A stretch of 64,000 bases of DNA from Bacteroidales bacterium (GTDB lineage: Bacteria; Bacteroidota; Bacteroidia; Bacteroidales; GCA-2748055), in NCBI GenBank assembly GCA_030673645.1, contig DAOVIO010000008.1, positions 487 through 64,486 of the forward strand. Direction: 5' to 3'. Below are positions 41,747 through 49,561 of this stretch, piece after piece. Position 1 is the stretch's first letter; each line of letters opens with the position of its first letter. The position numbers and the translations under genes were made by a program. The notes beneath the pieces are model-generated. The model worked only from the letters and a program-made list of their open reading frames with translations. It was not told the origin of the DNA and did no database searches.

Positions 41747-41776
41747 AAAAAAAGTGCCACCTCCTCAGGTGACACT
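41747..41776 (-). terminator. Intrinsic-terminator-like hairpin read on the minus strand, upstream of argS
   Basis: The minus strand reads AGTGTCACCT-GAGG-AGGTGGCACT followed by TTTTTTT (one mismatch in a 10 bp stem). No annotated minus-strand gene ends here. Confidence 0.5.
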
Positions 41777-42104
41777 TTAACTAACTAACTAACCCTAAAA
41801 CTATCTATGAAATAAAACTACTAAACTAATTTTTATTTTCTAATATATCATTCACAAATTCCGTGCCAATAATATAAATATAAAATATTTTAACTATTTT
41901 TATGATCTATAAATCTGAATATATTAATTATATAACTTTTCTTCAAAAAACATAAATCAAAATAATCAAGATCAAAAAGTTCATCCTTTTGTAAGAACTA
42001 AAAACATTATTAAAATGTTTATTTATATATTCTGAAACGTTATAAATAAAATTTTGTTACATTGTTAAAGCATATTTAACTCTTTTTAACATATTTTCTA
42101 GTAA

Positions 42105-43238
42105 TTGAATAACAGAACATTAGATATAATTTCTTTTAATATTCCTTATCCTCCAAACTACGGTGGGGTAATTGATGTTTATTATAAGCTATTATCATTA
42201 AAAAATGAAGGCTATGAAATAATCCTGCACACTTTCAAATATGATAGAGAGCCCTCCCCTGCTTTAGAAGAAATTTGCAAGAAAGTCTATTATTATAAAA
42301 GAAAGACTGGTTTTTTCTCCTTTTTTCATTATTTACCATATATCGTAAATTCCCGAAGGTCTTCTGAACTATTAAATAACCTCAATAATGAGCAGGGCCC
42401 AATACTTTTTGAAGGTCTGCATTCTTGTTACTATTTAATTCATAAGAGTCTTAGGCTAAGAAATAAAATTGTAAGAACACATAATATCGAGCACAAATAT
42501 TATTATCATCTTTATAAGGCTGAGAGAAATATATACAATAAGTTTTTCTTTTTGACTGAAGCTTTAAAGCTCAAGGTTTATCAAAAATCGCTGAAAAAGG
42601 CCACATCTCTTGCAACAATCTCCAAGGATGATAAGGATTACTTCAGTTCCATAAACAAGAATAGTTTTCTATTGCATCCTTTTCATTCTAGTTCTAAATT
42701 AATTAGTCAAACCGGAACAGGATCCTATTATCTTTATCATGGAAATCTGGAGGTACCTGAGAATCGCAAAGCAGTTTGGTTTCTTGTTGCCAACATATTT
42801 TCTAAATTGAACCTAAAGCTGGTCATTGCTGGAAAAAATCCAGAAGCTTCTTTGAAAAATTATATTTCCGGCAAATCAAATATTATATTGACTGAGAACC
42901 CATCAGAAATTGAAATGCAAAATCTTATTTCAGATGCTCAGGCAATAATTCTTTACACATTACAGTCGACAGGCGTTAAATTAAAATTGCTTGAATCTTT
43001 ATTTAAAGGAAGGTTCTGTATTGTCAATGATAAAATTGTAAAAGGCACAGGGCTTGAAGAATTATGTATCATAGCCAATACCCCAATGGAATTTATATCC
43101 CAGATTAAAAAGATAGAAAAGCAAATTTTTGATGATGATATTCTCAACCATCGTAAACTTGTGGTTGAGAAATTTCTTCCGGAAAATAATGTGAGTGTCC
43201 TAATTGAGTGGTTGGGGAAAAGGGACTTTGGAGGATAG
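42105..43238 (+). CDS. Glycosyltransferase (GT4/GT1-like fold)
   Basis: N-terminal NIPYPPNYGGVIDVYYKL and a C-terminal Rossmann half with LVIAGKNPE...; the predicted start is TTG. Confidence 0.75.
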   Translation: MNNRTLDIISFNIPYPPNYGGVIDVYYKLLSLKNEGYEIILHTFKYDREPSPALEEICKKVYYYKRKTGFFSFFHYLPYIVNSRRSSELLNNLNNEQGPILFEGLHSCYYLIHKSLRLRNKIVRTHNIEHKYYYHLYKAERNIYNKFFFLTEALKLKVYQKSLKKATSLATISKDDKDYFSSINKNSFLLHPFHSSSKLISQTGTGSYYLYHGNLEVPENRKAVWFLVANIFSKLNLKLVIAGKNPEASLKNYISGKSNIILTENPSEIEMQNLISDAQAIILYTLQSTGVKLKLLESLFKGRFCIVNDKIVKGTGLEELCIIANTPMEFISQIKKIEKQIFDDDILNHRKLVVEKFLPENNVSVLIEWLGKRDFGG

Positions 43239-43240
43239 AC

Positions 43241-43281
43241 GGTCCCTCATCCATCGTCTATCGTCCACCGTCCCTCCACTC
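43241..43281. repeat. C-rich word tract (CCATCGTCTATCGTCCA CCGTCCCTCC) between convergent genes
   Basis: 43250-43267 (TCCATCGTCTATCGTCCA) is 17/18 identical to 49351-49368. CCACCGTCCCTC at 43265-43276 is identical to 49380-49391. Confidence 0.8.
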
Positions 43282-43497
43282 CTAATCCTCATCAAACTTT
43301 CTGTTCTCACGGAATAAAAGCGCAAAAATAAATACAATCACAGCGACTGATGCTAATATCACCATCATTGACTTAAACATTTTTTCAAGCAAATATTCCA
43401 TATCAATCACCTCCCATATACCCAGAATTGCAAGGATACAAAATAGCAATACTAATCCTGTAAGAAAGTAAGCAACAATTTTTTTTATTGAATTCAT
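43282..43497 (-). CDS. Small two-TM membrane protein (71 aa)
   Basis: Two clear hydrophobic helices and a charged C-terminus. No family was recognised. Confidence 0.5.
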   Translation of the reverse strand: MNSIKKIVAYFLTGLVLLFCILAILGIWEVIDMEYLLEKMFKSMMVILASVAVIVFIFALLFRENRKFDED

Positions 43498-43631
43498 GAT
43501 CTAAATATTAATTATTTATTTTTCTATAAATTAATTATCCTTGAATTAATATTGATACGGATTGTGTTTATACAACTAATAATGAATTTGGCAGACTTAC
43601 AGCATTTGAAATATATACTGGAAGAATACTT

Positions 43632-43663
43632 TTTGTTTGATGTAATTATTAGTATTATATTTG
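43632..43663 (+). promoter_or_regulatory. Bacteroidota-type promoter: TTTG (-33), 20 nt spacer, TATATTTG (-7)
   Basis: TTTG is at 43632-43635 and TATATTTG at 43656-43663. The TTG 'start' of track ORF 43661 is part of the -7 box. Confidence 0.5.
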
Positions 43664-43705
43664 CAATACGCGAATCGCGAAACGCGAGATAAAAAAATAT
43701 TGGTT

Positions 43706-44227
43706 ATGAAGAAACATAATGGAATGCGACCACAAGATATTGTTGTGCTAATGAAAATAATTGCACTAAGCAATGATAACTGGCGTAATATAGATATAGC
43801 TAATTCAATTCATTTAAGTCCATCTGAAGTATCGGAAGCCTTGAACAGATGTAAAATTGCAGGACTTATTGATTCAAAGAAAAGAAATGTAAATATTAAT
43901 TCGTTTATAGAATTTTTAATTTACGGATTAAAATATGTATTCCCGGTAGAACTGGGTGCTATTGTAAAAGGAATCCCTACAGCTCATTCTGCGTCTCCAA
44001 TAAATGAACATATTTCATCTGGGATTGATTTCATTGTATGGCCTTATGCAAAAGGTAACCATCGGGGACAAGCCATTGAGCCACTATATAAAACTTTGCC
44101 ACAAATAGTTCAAGAGGATGAATTATTCTACGAACTTTTAACCATAGTAGACACTATAAGAGTTGGACGGGTACGAGAAATAAAAATTGCAATTGATGAA
44201 TTAAATAAACGATTAAAACATGCCTAG
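43706..44227 (+). CDS. Winged-helix DNA-binding-like protein (N-terminal wHTH plus an uncharacterised C-terminal domain)
   Basis: From the ATG at 43706 it reads MKKHNGMRPQDIVVLMKIIALSNDNWRNIDIANSIHLSPSEVSEALNRCKIAGLI, a MarR/wHTH-like pattern. Confidence 0.6.
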   Translation: MKKHNGMRPQDIVVLMKIIALSNDNWRNIDIANSIHLSPSEVSEALNRCKIAGLIDSKKRNVNINSFIEFLIYGLKYVFPVELGAIVKGIPTAHSASPINEHISSGIDFIVWPYAKGNHRGQAIEPLYKTLPQIVQEDELFYELLTIVDTIRVGRVREIKIAIDELNKRLKHA

Positions 44228-44432
44228 TACAAATATTGTAATGCTGCAAACTGTTGTAATCGGCTTGGACGATTTAATAGATGATATTTTGAAGTTCATA
44301 AAACTGGTTGCAACCCAGAAAATGAATAACAGTTGTGCGCCAGGATGCCTGATTTCTGAGGATAGTGATCTGTCTAAAAAAGGTAGGTATATAGAGAAGT
44401 TAGTGGCAAGCTCAACACAAACCGAAAATTGA
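44220..44432 (+). CDS. Questionable 70 aa ORF overlapping the stop of the wHTH gene (ATGCCTAG); possibly a truncated partner gene
   Basis: The 8 nt overlap suggests translational coupling. The sequence after the stop has no long ORF. Confidence 0.25.
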   Translation: MPSTNIVMLQTVVIGLDDLIDDILKFIKLVATQKMNNSCAPGCLISEDSDLSKKGRYIEKLVASSTQTEN

Positions 44433-44706
44433 AACTTGATAAGCAGCAATAAAAAAAAACATTTGCTAGAAACCAACGAGCTGTATGAAATGGATAGCCA
44501 ATTGCTAACTAGTATATTCAAGTACCCGATTTATCACTTAATCGAAAATAATCCTAAAATATTTAATATATTTATTCTATTATCTTAATAGTTTGTGCAC
44601 CAACACATACACAGAACCTTAGAATTTTTAACAAAGCAGCAGAACATAATAAAGCAACCAATAAATCCAAATATTCATCTTAGTAAATAATTAACATATT
44701 TCATAA

Positions 44707-45009
44707 ATGAAGGTTTCGTTTAGAATAATACTTATTATAATAATGTTTGGGCTAATTAATAGTTGCAACTCAGAACTTGATAGAGACATTATAAATGAAT
44801 TAGAAAACTCACCCGAAGAGCTAATTATTAATGAAGACACCTTAAAACTTGAAGCATATTTATACAGAAATTTTATGCCAATTGTAATTGATCCATCTAA
44901 TTTACCGGATTTAGAAAATCATTCATCTCTAATAAGCATTAACAAACTTCAGGAAGAAAACGGGAATCAAAAAATTAGTAACTTAAATGATGACTTCAGT
45001 TTTATATAA
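44707..45009 (+). CDS. Small hypothetical lipoprotein (100 aa)
   Basis: Lipobox GLINSCN. Confidence 0.45.
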   Translation: MKVSFRIILIIIMFGLINSCNSELDRDIINELENSPEELIINEDTLKLEAYLYRNFMPIVIDPSNLPDLENHSSLISINKLQEENGNQKISNLNDDFSFI

Positions 45010-45185
45010 CTTATCAGTACTTATAATTAATGCTATGAGCGAGTTCCAAACCCGAATACAACACATCTTAATATCCTATGAACCAACCCATTTCCATAAT
45101 TTTAAAAAGAGCTGATTATTTTAACCCATATAACATAATCCGACCTTATTATATATCAAAAAACGAGATATTAATTTGATTTTAG

Positions 45186-45193
45186 TATATTTG
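45186..45193 (+). promoter_or_regulatory. Candidate -7 promoter box (TATATTTG) for the XRE-helicase-DprA operon
   Basis: Exact TAnnTTTG match 20 nt upstream of the ATG at 45214. Confidence 0.4.
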
Positions 45194-45213
45194 ATTTTTA
45201 GATATTCTTATCC

Positions 45214-45408
45214 ATGAATAGAATTAAAGAAGTTTTAGAGGAAAAAGGGATAAAACAAACCTGGTTAGCAGACAAGTTAGGTAAAAGTTATAATATGGTA
45301 AATGGTTACGTTCAGAATAGGCAGCAACCTAGATTAGAAGTTTTATTTGAAATTGCCAAAATACTAAAAGTTAATCCTAAAGACTTAATACAGGCTAATT
45401 ATGAATAA
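45214..45408 (+). CDS. XRE-family helix-turn-helix transcriptional regulator (64 aa)
   Basis: IKEVLEEKGIKQTWLADKLGKSYNMVNGYVQNRQQPRLEVLFEIAKILKVNPKDLI is a canonical HTH_3/Cro-C1 pattern. Confidence 0.88.
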   Translation: MNRIKEVLEEKGIKQTWLADKLGKSYNMVNGYVQNRQQPRLEVLFEIAKILKVNPKDLIQANYE

Positions 45409-47497
45409 AAATGAAGGATTAGAATTATTAAGAAAAGCACTAAATGATTCCACAGCCGAATTTAGAGAAGGACAATGGGAAGCAATAGATAGTTTAGTAA
45501 ATTACAAAAGAAAATTACTTGTTGTTGAGCGTACAGGATGGGGGAAAAGTTCCGTTTACTTTATCAGTACTAGAATATTAAGAGACCAAGGAAAAGGTAT
45601 AACTATTATTATTTCACCGTTACTTGCATTAATGCGAAACCAAGTAGAGGCTGCAGAAAGACTTGGAATAATAGCCATTTCAATAAATTCCTCAAATCTT
45701 GAAGATTGGGAAAATAGTAAGCAAGATGTTCTTAATAACAAAGTCGATGCACTTTTAATTTCTCCTGAGAGATTAGCAAATGAAAACTTTATGAATAACA
45801 TTTTAAGACCAATAGCAGATAGAATTGGTTTATTTGTTGTGGATGAAGCACATTGTATATCAGATTGGGGTCATGATTTTAGACCTGATTATAGACGGAT
45901 TGTAAATATTTTAAAGTTTATGCCAGAAGGCATGCCAATTCTTGGAACAACTGCAACAGCTAATAATAGAGTGTCTGATGATATTGTTTCCCAACTTGGA
46001 GATATTGAAATTATTAGAGGAGTATTAACTAGAGAAAGTTTAATTTTACAAAATATAAAACTACAAGATCAAGCCTCTAGATTAGCTTGGTTAAAACAAA
46101 ATATTCAAAACCTACCTGGAAGTGGAATTATCTACACGCTAACCAAAAGAGATGCCCGACTAGTAACCGAATGGTTAATTGATTGTGACATTGAGGCAGC
46201 GTACTATTATTCAGGTGCAACTGATGAGAATTTTGAAGATTCAAATCAATATCGTCAATATGTTGAAGATGCTCTTTATAATAATGAAATTAAGGTTCTT
46301 GTAGCTACCACGGCGTTGGGTATGGGCTATGATAAGCCAGATTTAGGATTTGTGGTACATTATCAAGCACCTGGTTCAATTATTAGTTACTATCAACAGG
46401 TAGGTCGAGCAGGTCGAGCTATTAGAAAAGCTTATGGAATTCTTTTATCAGGACAGGAAGATAGTGATATTCATGCTTATTTTCGACAATCAGCGTTTCC
46501 TCCTGAAGATAGAGTTCAAGCTATATTAGATAAAATTGAAGAAGAAGATGGATTATCTGTTCCTGAATTAATGAAATATCTTAATTTGAGGAAGGGGCAA
46601 ATTGAACAAGTACTTAAATATCTTAGTGTAGAAGAATCATCACCAATAATTAAAATAGGACCAAAATGGACAAGAACTGCAGTTGATTATAAAATGGATT
46701 CTGAAAAGATTACAAGATTAACCAACCAGCGTCTTAATGAATGGCAAGATGTGGAAGCATATATTAGTACAACAGATTGCTTAATGAATTATTTGCAAAA
46801 ATCACTTGATGATCCTAAAAGTGCTATGTGTGGGAAGTGTGCTAATTGTAGAAAACAGGAAAGGTTTTCAGTAGATGTATTGCATGAAAATGTGGTAAAT
46901 GCAGCAATTTTTTTAAAACATTCTGAATTTGATATTAAGTTAAAGGTTAGGATAGAGTCGGATGCCTTATCGGAGTATGGTTTTAGAGGAAATCTTTCTC
47001 AAAGTTTACGAGGTGAAGTAGGAAAGTCATTATCAAGATGGGGAGATGCTGGATGGGGAAAAATTGTTGCACAGGATAAACATAATAATCACTTTCGAGA
47101 TGAATTAGTGGATGCTTTTGTTGAAATGATAAATGAAAGATGGAATATGGATCCCATCCCTACATGGGTTACTTGTATTCCATCAAACAGACATCCTGAT
47201 TTAGTTTCGTCGTTTGCAAAAAGAGTAGCAGATAAATTAGGTTTACCTTTTATTCCTGTTATTGATAAATTGGAAGAAACAGCACCCCAAAAGGAACAAG
47301 AAAATAGCTATTTCCAATGTGAAAATCTTGATGGTATTTTTGAAATAAACGATGATGTAAAAGTCGATGAACCAGTTTTACTTATTGATGATATAATTGA
47401 TTCTGGTTGGACTTTAACAATTGCATCCGCCTTGCTTAGGCAATCTGGTAGCGGATTAGTATATCCAACTACATTAACATCAACTTCAGTAAATTAA
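45401..47497 (+). CDS. RecQ-like superfamily-2 DNA helicase fused to a C-terminal ComF/GntX-type phosphoribosyltransferase (PRTase) domain
   Basis: The helicase motifs are ERTGWGKSSVYF (I), VVDEAHCISDWGHDFRPDY (II, the RecQ-specific DEAH..W.H.FR), TATA (III), VATTALGMGYDKPDLGFVVHY (V) and YYQQVGRAGR (VI). A wHTH and a CGKCANC motif follow. The C-terminal ~190 aa read CIPSNRHPDLVSSFAKRVADKLGLPF...QK...NLDGIFEI...PVLLIDDIIDSGWTLTIASALLRQSG, a PRPP-loop pattern. The start overlaps the XRE stop by 8 nt (ATGAATAA). Confidence 0.9.
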   Translation: MNKNEGLELLRKALNDSTAEFREGQWEAIDSLVNYKRKLLVVERTGWGKSSVYFISTRILRDQGKGITIIISPLLALMRNQVEAAERLGIIAISINSSNLEDWENSKQDVLNNKVDALLISPERLANENFMNNILRPIADRIGLFVVDEAHCISDWGHDFRPDYRRIVNILKFMPEGMPILGTTATANNRVSDDIVSQLGDIEIIRGVLTRESLILQNIKLQDQASRLAWLKQNIQNLPGSGIIYTLTKRDARLVTEWLIDCDIEAAYYYSGATDENFEDSNQYRQYVEDALYNNEIKVLVATTALGMGYDKPDLGFVVHYQAPGSIISYYQQVGRAGRAIRKAYGILLSGQEDSDIHAYFRQSAFPPEDRVQAILDKIEEEDGLSVPELMKYLNLRKGQIEQVLKYLSVEESSPIIKIGPKWTRTAVDYKMDSEKITRLTNQRLNEWQDVEAYISTTDCLMNYLQKSLDDPKSAMCGKCANCRKQERFSVDVLHENVVNAAIFLKHSEFDIKLKVRIESDALSEYGFRGNLSQSLRGEVGKSLSRWGDAGWGKIVAQDKHNNHFRDELVDAFVEMINERWNMDPIPTWVTCIPSNRHPDLVSSFAKRVADKLGLPFIPVIDKLEETAPQKEQENSYFQCENLDGIFEINDDVKVDEPVLLIDDIIDSGWTLTIASALLRQSGSGLVYPTTLTSTSVN

Positions 47498-47501
47498 GAT
47501 T

Positions 47502-48755
47502 ATGATTACAGAAAGGACAAAAGCAATATTATTATTTACATCTTACTTCGCAAAGAGTTCGGATAGAAACTTGAAGCCATTAACGACAAGTGAATGGAAT
47601 AGGCTTGTACGTTGGTTGCAAACGAATTCAATTAATCCTGAAGATTTTTTAACTAAGGATATTGACTCATTACTTTATGGTTGGCAGGATGAAACTATAA
47701 CTGTAGAAAGAGTTATAGCATTACTAGAACGAAAATCAGGATTGGCAATAGCACTAGACAAGTGGATTAAAGTTGGGATTTGGATAATTAATAGAGGCGA
47801 TAAACTGTACCCCAGAAAACTTAAAGAAAGATTAAAAGAGAATGTACCTCCAATATTGTTTGGCATTGGCAATGTTGAATTGTTAAATCAAAAATTCGTT
47901 GGTGTTGTAGGTGCAAGGAAAACTAGTGAAAAGGAACTTCAAGATACAAAACATATCGGAGCAAGCATAAGTGAAAATAATTATGGTGTTGTTTCAGGAG
48001 GAGCAAAAGGCGTAGATGAATCAGCTATGCTTGGAGCTTTAGAAGCAGATGGTTATTGTGTTGGGTTTGTAGCGGATTCATTGATTAAAAAATCGACTTC
48101 TAGTATTTTTCGTAAGCACATTATAAATAAAAAACTGTGTTTAGTATCGCCTTACAATCCAGAAGCAGGTTTCAATGTTGGTAATGCAATGGCTAGGAAT
48201 AAATTAATCTACACTCAGTCAGAAGCAACAATTGTTATGAAATCGGATACAAAAGGGGGAACATGGGAAGGTGCTAAAGAAAACATAAAGAAACAATGGG
48301 TACCTCTTTGGGTAATAGATTACCAAGAGAAAGGGAATGAGGAAATTATCAAAATGGGAGCAAAAAGACTGTTAATTGGAGAAGTGCTAAGAATTTCTGA
48401 TTTAATCAAAATAGAATCTCCTAAACAATATAAACCAGATTTGTTTTCTTCTGCAAATAAAGAATTTTCATCAAATGATTTAAAACAGAATATAGTGGTA
48501 TCAGAAACGAATAAAAGCGAAATTCAGATTAAGATAGAAGAAGCTTCATTATTCGATTTGTTTTTAGTGAAACTCGTTGACTCATTCAAAAACAAGACTA
48601 TTACTAAAAAGGAAATGAAAGAGCAGTTAGATATTACTAATAGTCAATTGGATGAATGGTTGAGAATTGGGACAGAGAAAGAGTTTATTATAAAAAAAAA
48701 TAAACCTGTTTCATTTATGATTAACCCAAACAAACATATTAGAGTAGTTTTGTGA
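47502..48755 (+). CDS. DprA/Smf-like (SLOG Rossmann) protein with a C-terminal winged-helix extension
   Basis: YPRKLKE...PPILFGIGNVELL...VGVVGARKTSEKELQDTKHIGASISENNYGVVSGGAKGVDESAMLGALEADG..VGFVADSL...NAMARNKLIYTQSEATIV...GGTWEGA follows the DprA core pattern. It starts 4 nt after the helicase stop. Confidence 0.85.
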   Translation: MITERTKAILLFTSYFAKSSDRNLKPLTTSEWNRLVRWLQTNSINPEDFLTKDIDSLLYGWQDETITVERVIALLERKSGLAIALDKWIKVGIWIINRGDKLYPRKLKERLKENVPPILFGIGNVELLNQKFVGVVGARKTSEKELQDTKHIGASISENNYGVVSGGAKGVDESAMLGALEADGYCVGFVADSLIKKSTSSIFRKHIINKKLCLVSPYNPEAGFNVGNAMARNKLIYTQSEATIVMKSDTKGGTWEGAKENIKKQWVPLWVIDYQEKGNEEIIKMGAKRLLIGEVLRISDLIKIESPKQYKPDLFSSANKEFSSNDLKQNIVVSETNKSEIQIKIEEASLFDLFLVKLVDSFKNKTITKKEMKEQLDITNSQLDEWLRIGTEKEFIIKKNKPVSFMINPNKHIRVVL

Positions 48756-48797
48756 TGCTAACCCTTCGCAAACATACACATTACCAAGTCGCTTAAA

Positions 48798-48947
48798 ATG
48801 GCTGACACACAGTCCAAAACTTGTCACCCATTGATTCTTCTCAGGAAAAGTGAGAAAGATGTGGATTTAGTAAAAACAATCAACTCTATACCCATTGGGA
48901 AGCTATCAAGGATTGAACAAATGATAAAAGAAGAAATCAAACGATAG
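48798..48947 (+). CDS. Questionable 49 aa ORF (MADTQSKTCHPLILLRKSEKDVDLVKTINSIPIGKLSRIEQMIKEEIKR)
   Basis: Translated manually; it is below the ORF-track cutoff. No RBS or promoter evidence was found. Confidence 0.2.
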   Translation: MADTQSKTCHPLILLRKSEKDVDLVKTINSIPIGKLSRIEQMIKEEIKR

Positions 48948-49017
48948 GATAAAGCAACTATACCTGATTTTTATATAATATTTCGTTAACTGAATAATAA
49001 ATCAGAACAAATTTGTT

Positions 49018-49300
49018 TCGGGCTTACAGCCCTTTATTTTCAATCGTATTAGCACAGGGTTTCGCAATGCTTCACCCTGTGCTAAAATGTTACGGGCCTT
49101 CAGCCCTATTAATTGCATTCCACCAAAACCACTCAACTCTTCAACCCCGGAGGGTGTGTTGCACTCTTTTATTTATTTGGACTGTATTATTCTTATAAAT
49201 AATTATTTGTATAAAAAAATGCAACACCCTCCGGGGTTGGGGGTTCGGTTCATATCTAAAACCCCAGGTGTGACTGGGGCTAATCTATTTTAACCACTCC
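49018..49300. repeat. GC-rich mini-hairpin mosaic with a long-range inverted repeat
   Basis: The hairpins are GGGCTTACAGCCC, AGCACAGGG..CCCTGTGCT, CCCCAGGTGTGACTGGGG and AACCACTCCGTGGTT. CAACCCCGGAGGGTGTGTTGCA (49142-49163) pairs with TGCAACACCCTCCGGGGTTG (49219-49238) over a 55 nt AT-rich loop. Confidence 0.75.
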
Positions 49301-49344
49301 GTGGTTAGTATTTTGGATTCCTCCATTATTCTTCAACAGAGTTT

Positions 49345-49442
49345 CCATCCTCCATCGTCTACCGTCCATTTTCCATCTTCCACCGTCCCTCGTCCATCCT
49401 CCACCATCCATCGTTCATCCTCCATCCTCCATCGTCCACCAC
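49345..49442. repeat. About 100 nt C-rich word tract (CCATCCT / CCATCGTC / CCACCGTCC units)
   Basis: It reads CCATCCTCCATCGTCTACCGTCCATTTTCCATCTTCCACCGTCCCTCGTCCATCCTCCACCATCCATCGTTCATCCTCCATCCTCCATCGTCCACC. It belongs to the same word family as 43241-43281. Confidence 0.8.
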
Positions 49443-49499
49443 ATCTCTTAACATTTTTTAACGCAAATTCAACCAAAATACCCCCCATAAGCCCCTTAC

Positions 49500-49507
49500 T
49501 AATTTTG
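49500..49507 (+). promoter_or_regulatory. Candidate -7 promoter box (TAATTTTG) for the MoxR/Bat operon
   Basis: Exact TAnnTTTG match 55 nt upstream of the ATG at 49562. Confidence 0.35.
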
Positions 49508-49561
49508 AAAAACGGTAATTAATAATGACTTTTGTAGAGTCTTTTTATAAATTGTAAAATT

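Noticed and set aside
44213-44521. 102 aa minus-strand ORF between the wHTH gene and the small lipoprotein
   Set aside because: It is a low-complexity, Ser/Leu/Phe-rich translation with no start signals, overlapping the + strand ORFs. It is probably non-coding.
44594-48790. Short direct repeat CAA(C/A)ACATACACA(GA/TT)ACC at about 44600 and 48770 as possible att sites flanking the helicase/DprA operon
   Set aside because: Only about 15 of 18 nt match in A/C-rich sequence and a third partial copy is near 45060. This is too weak to distinguish from chance without genome-wide data.
49013-49522. Three + strand ORFs (61, 68 and 73 aa), including the PSSTVHFPSSTVPRPSSTIHRSSSILHRPP peptide
   Set aside because: They are read entirely through hairpin mosaics and the C-rich word tract. 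The periodic peptide is a translation artefact of the DNA repeat.
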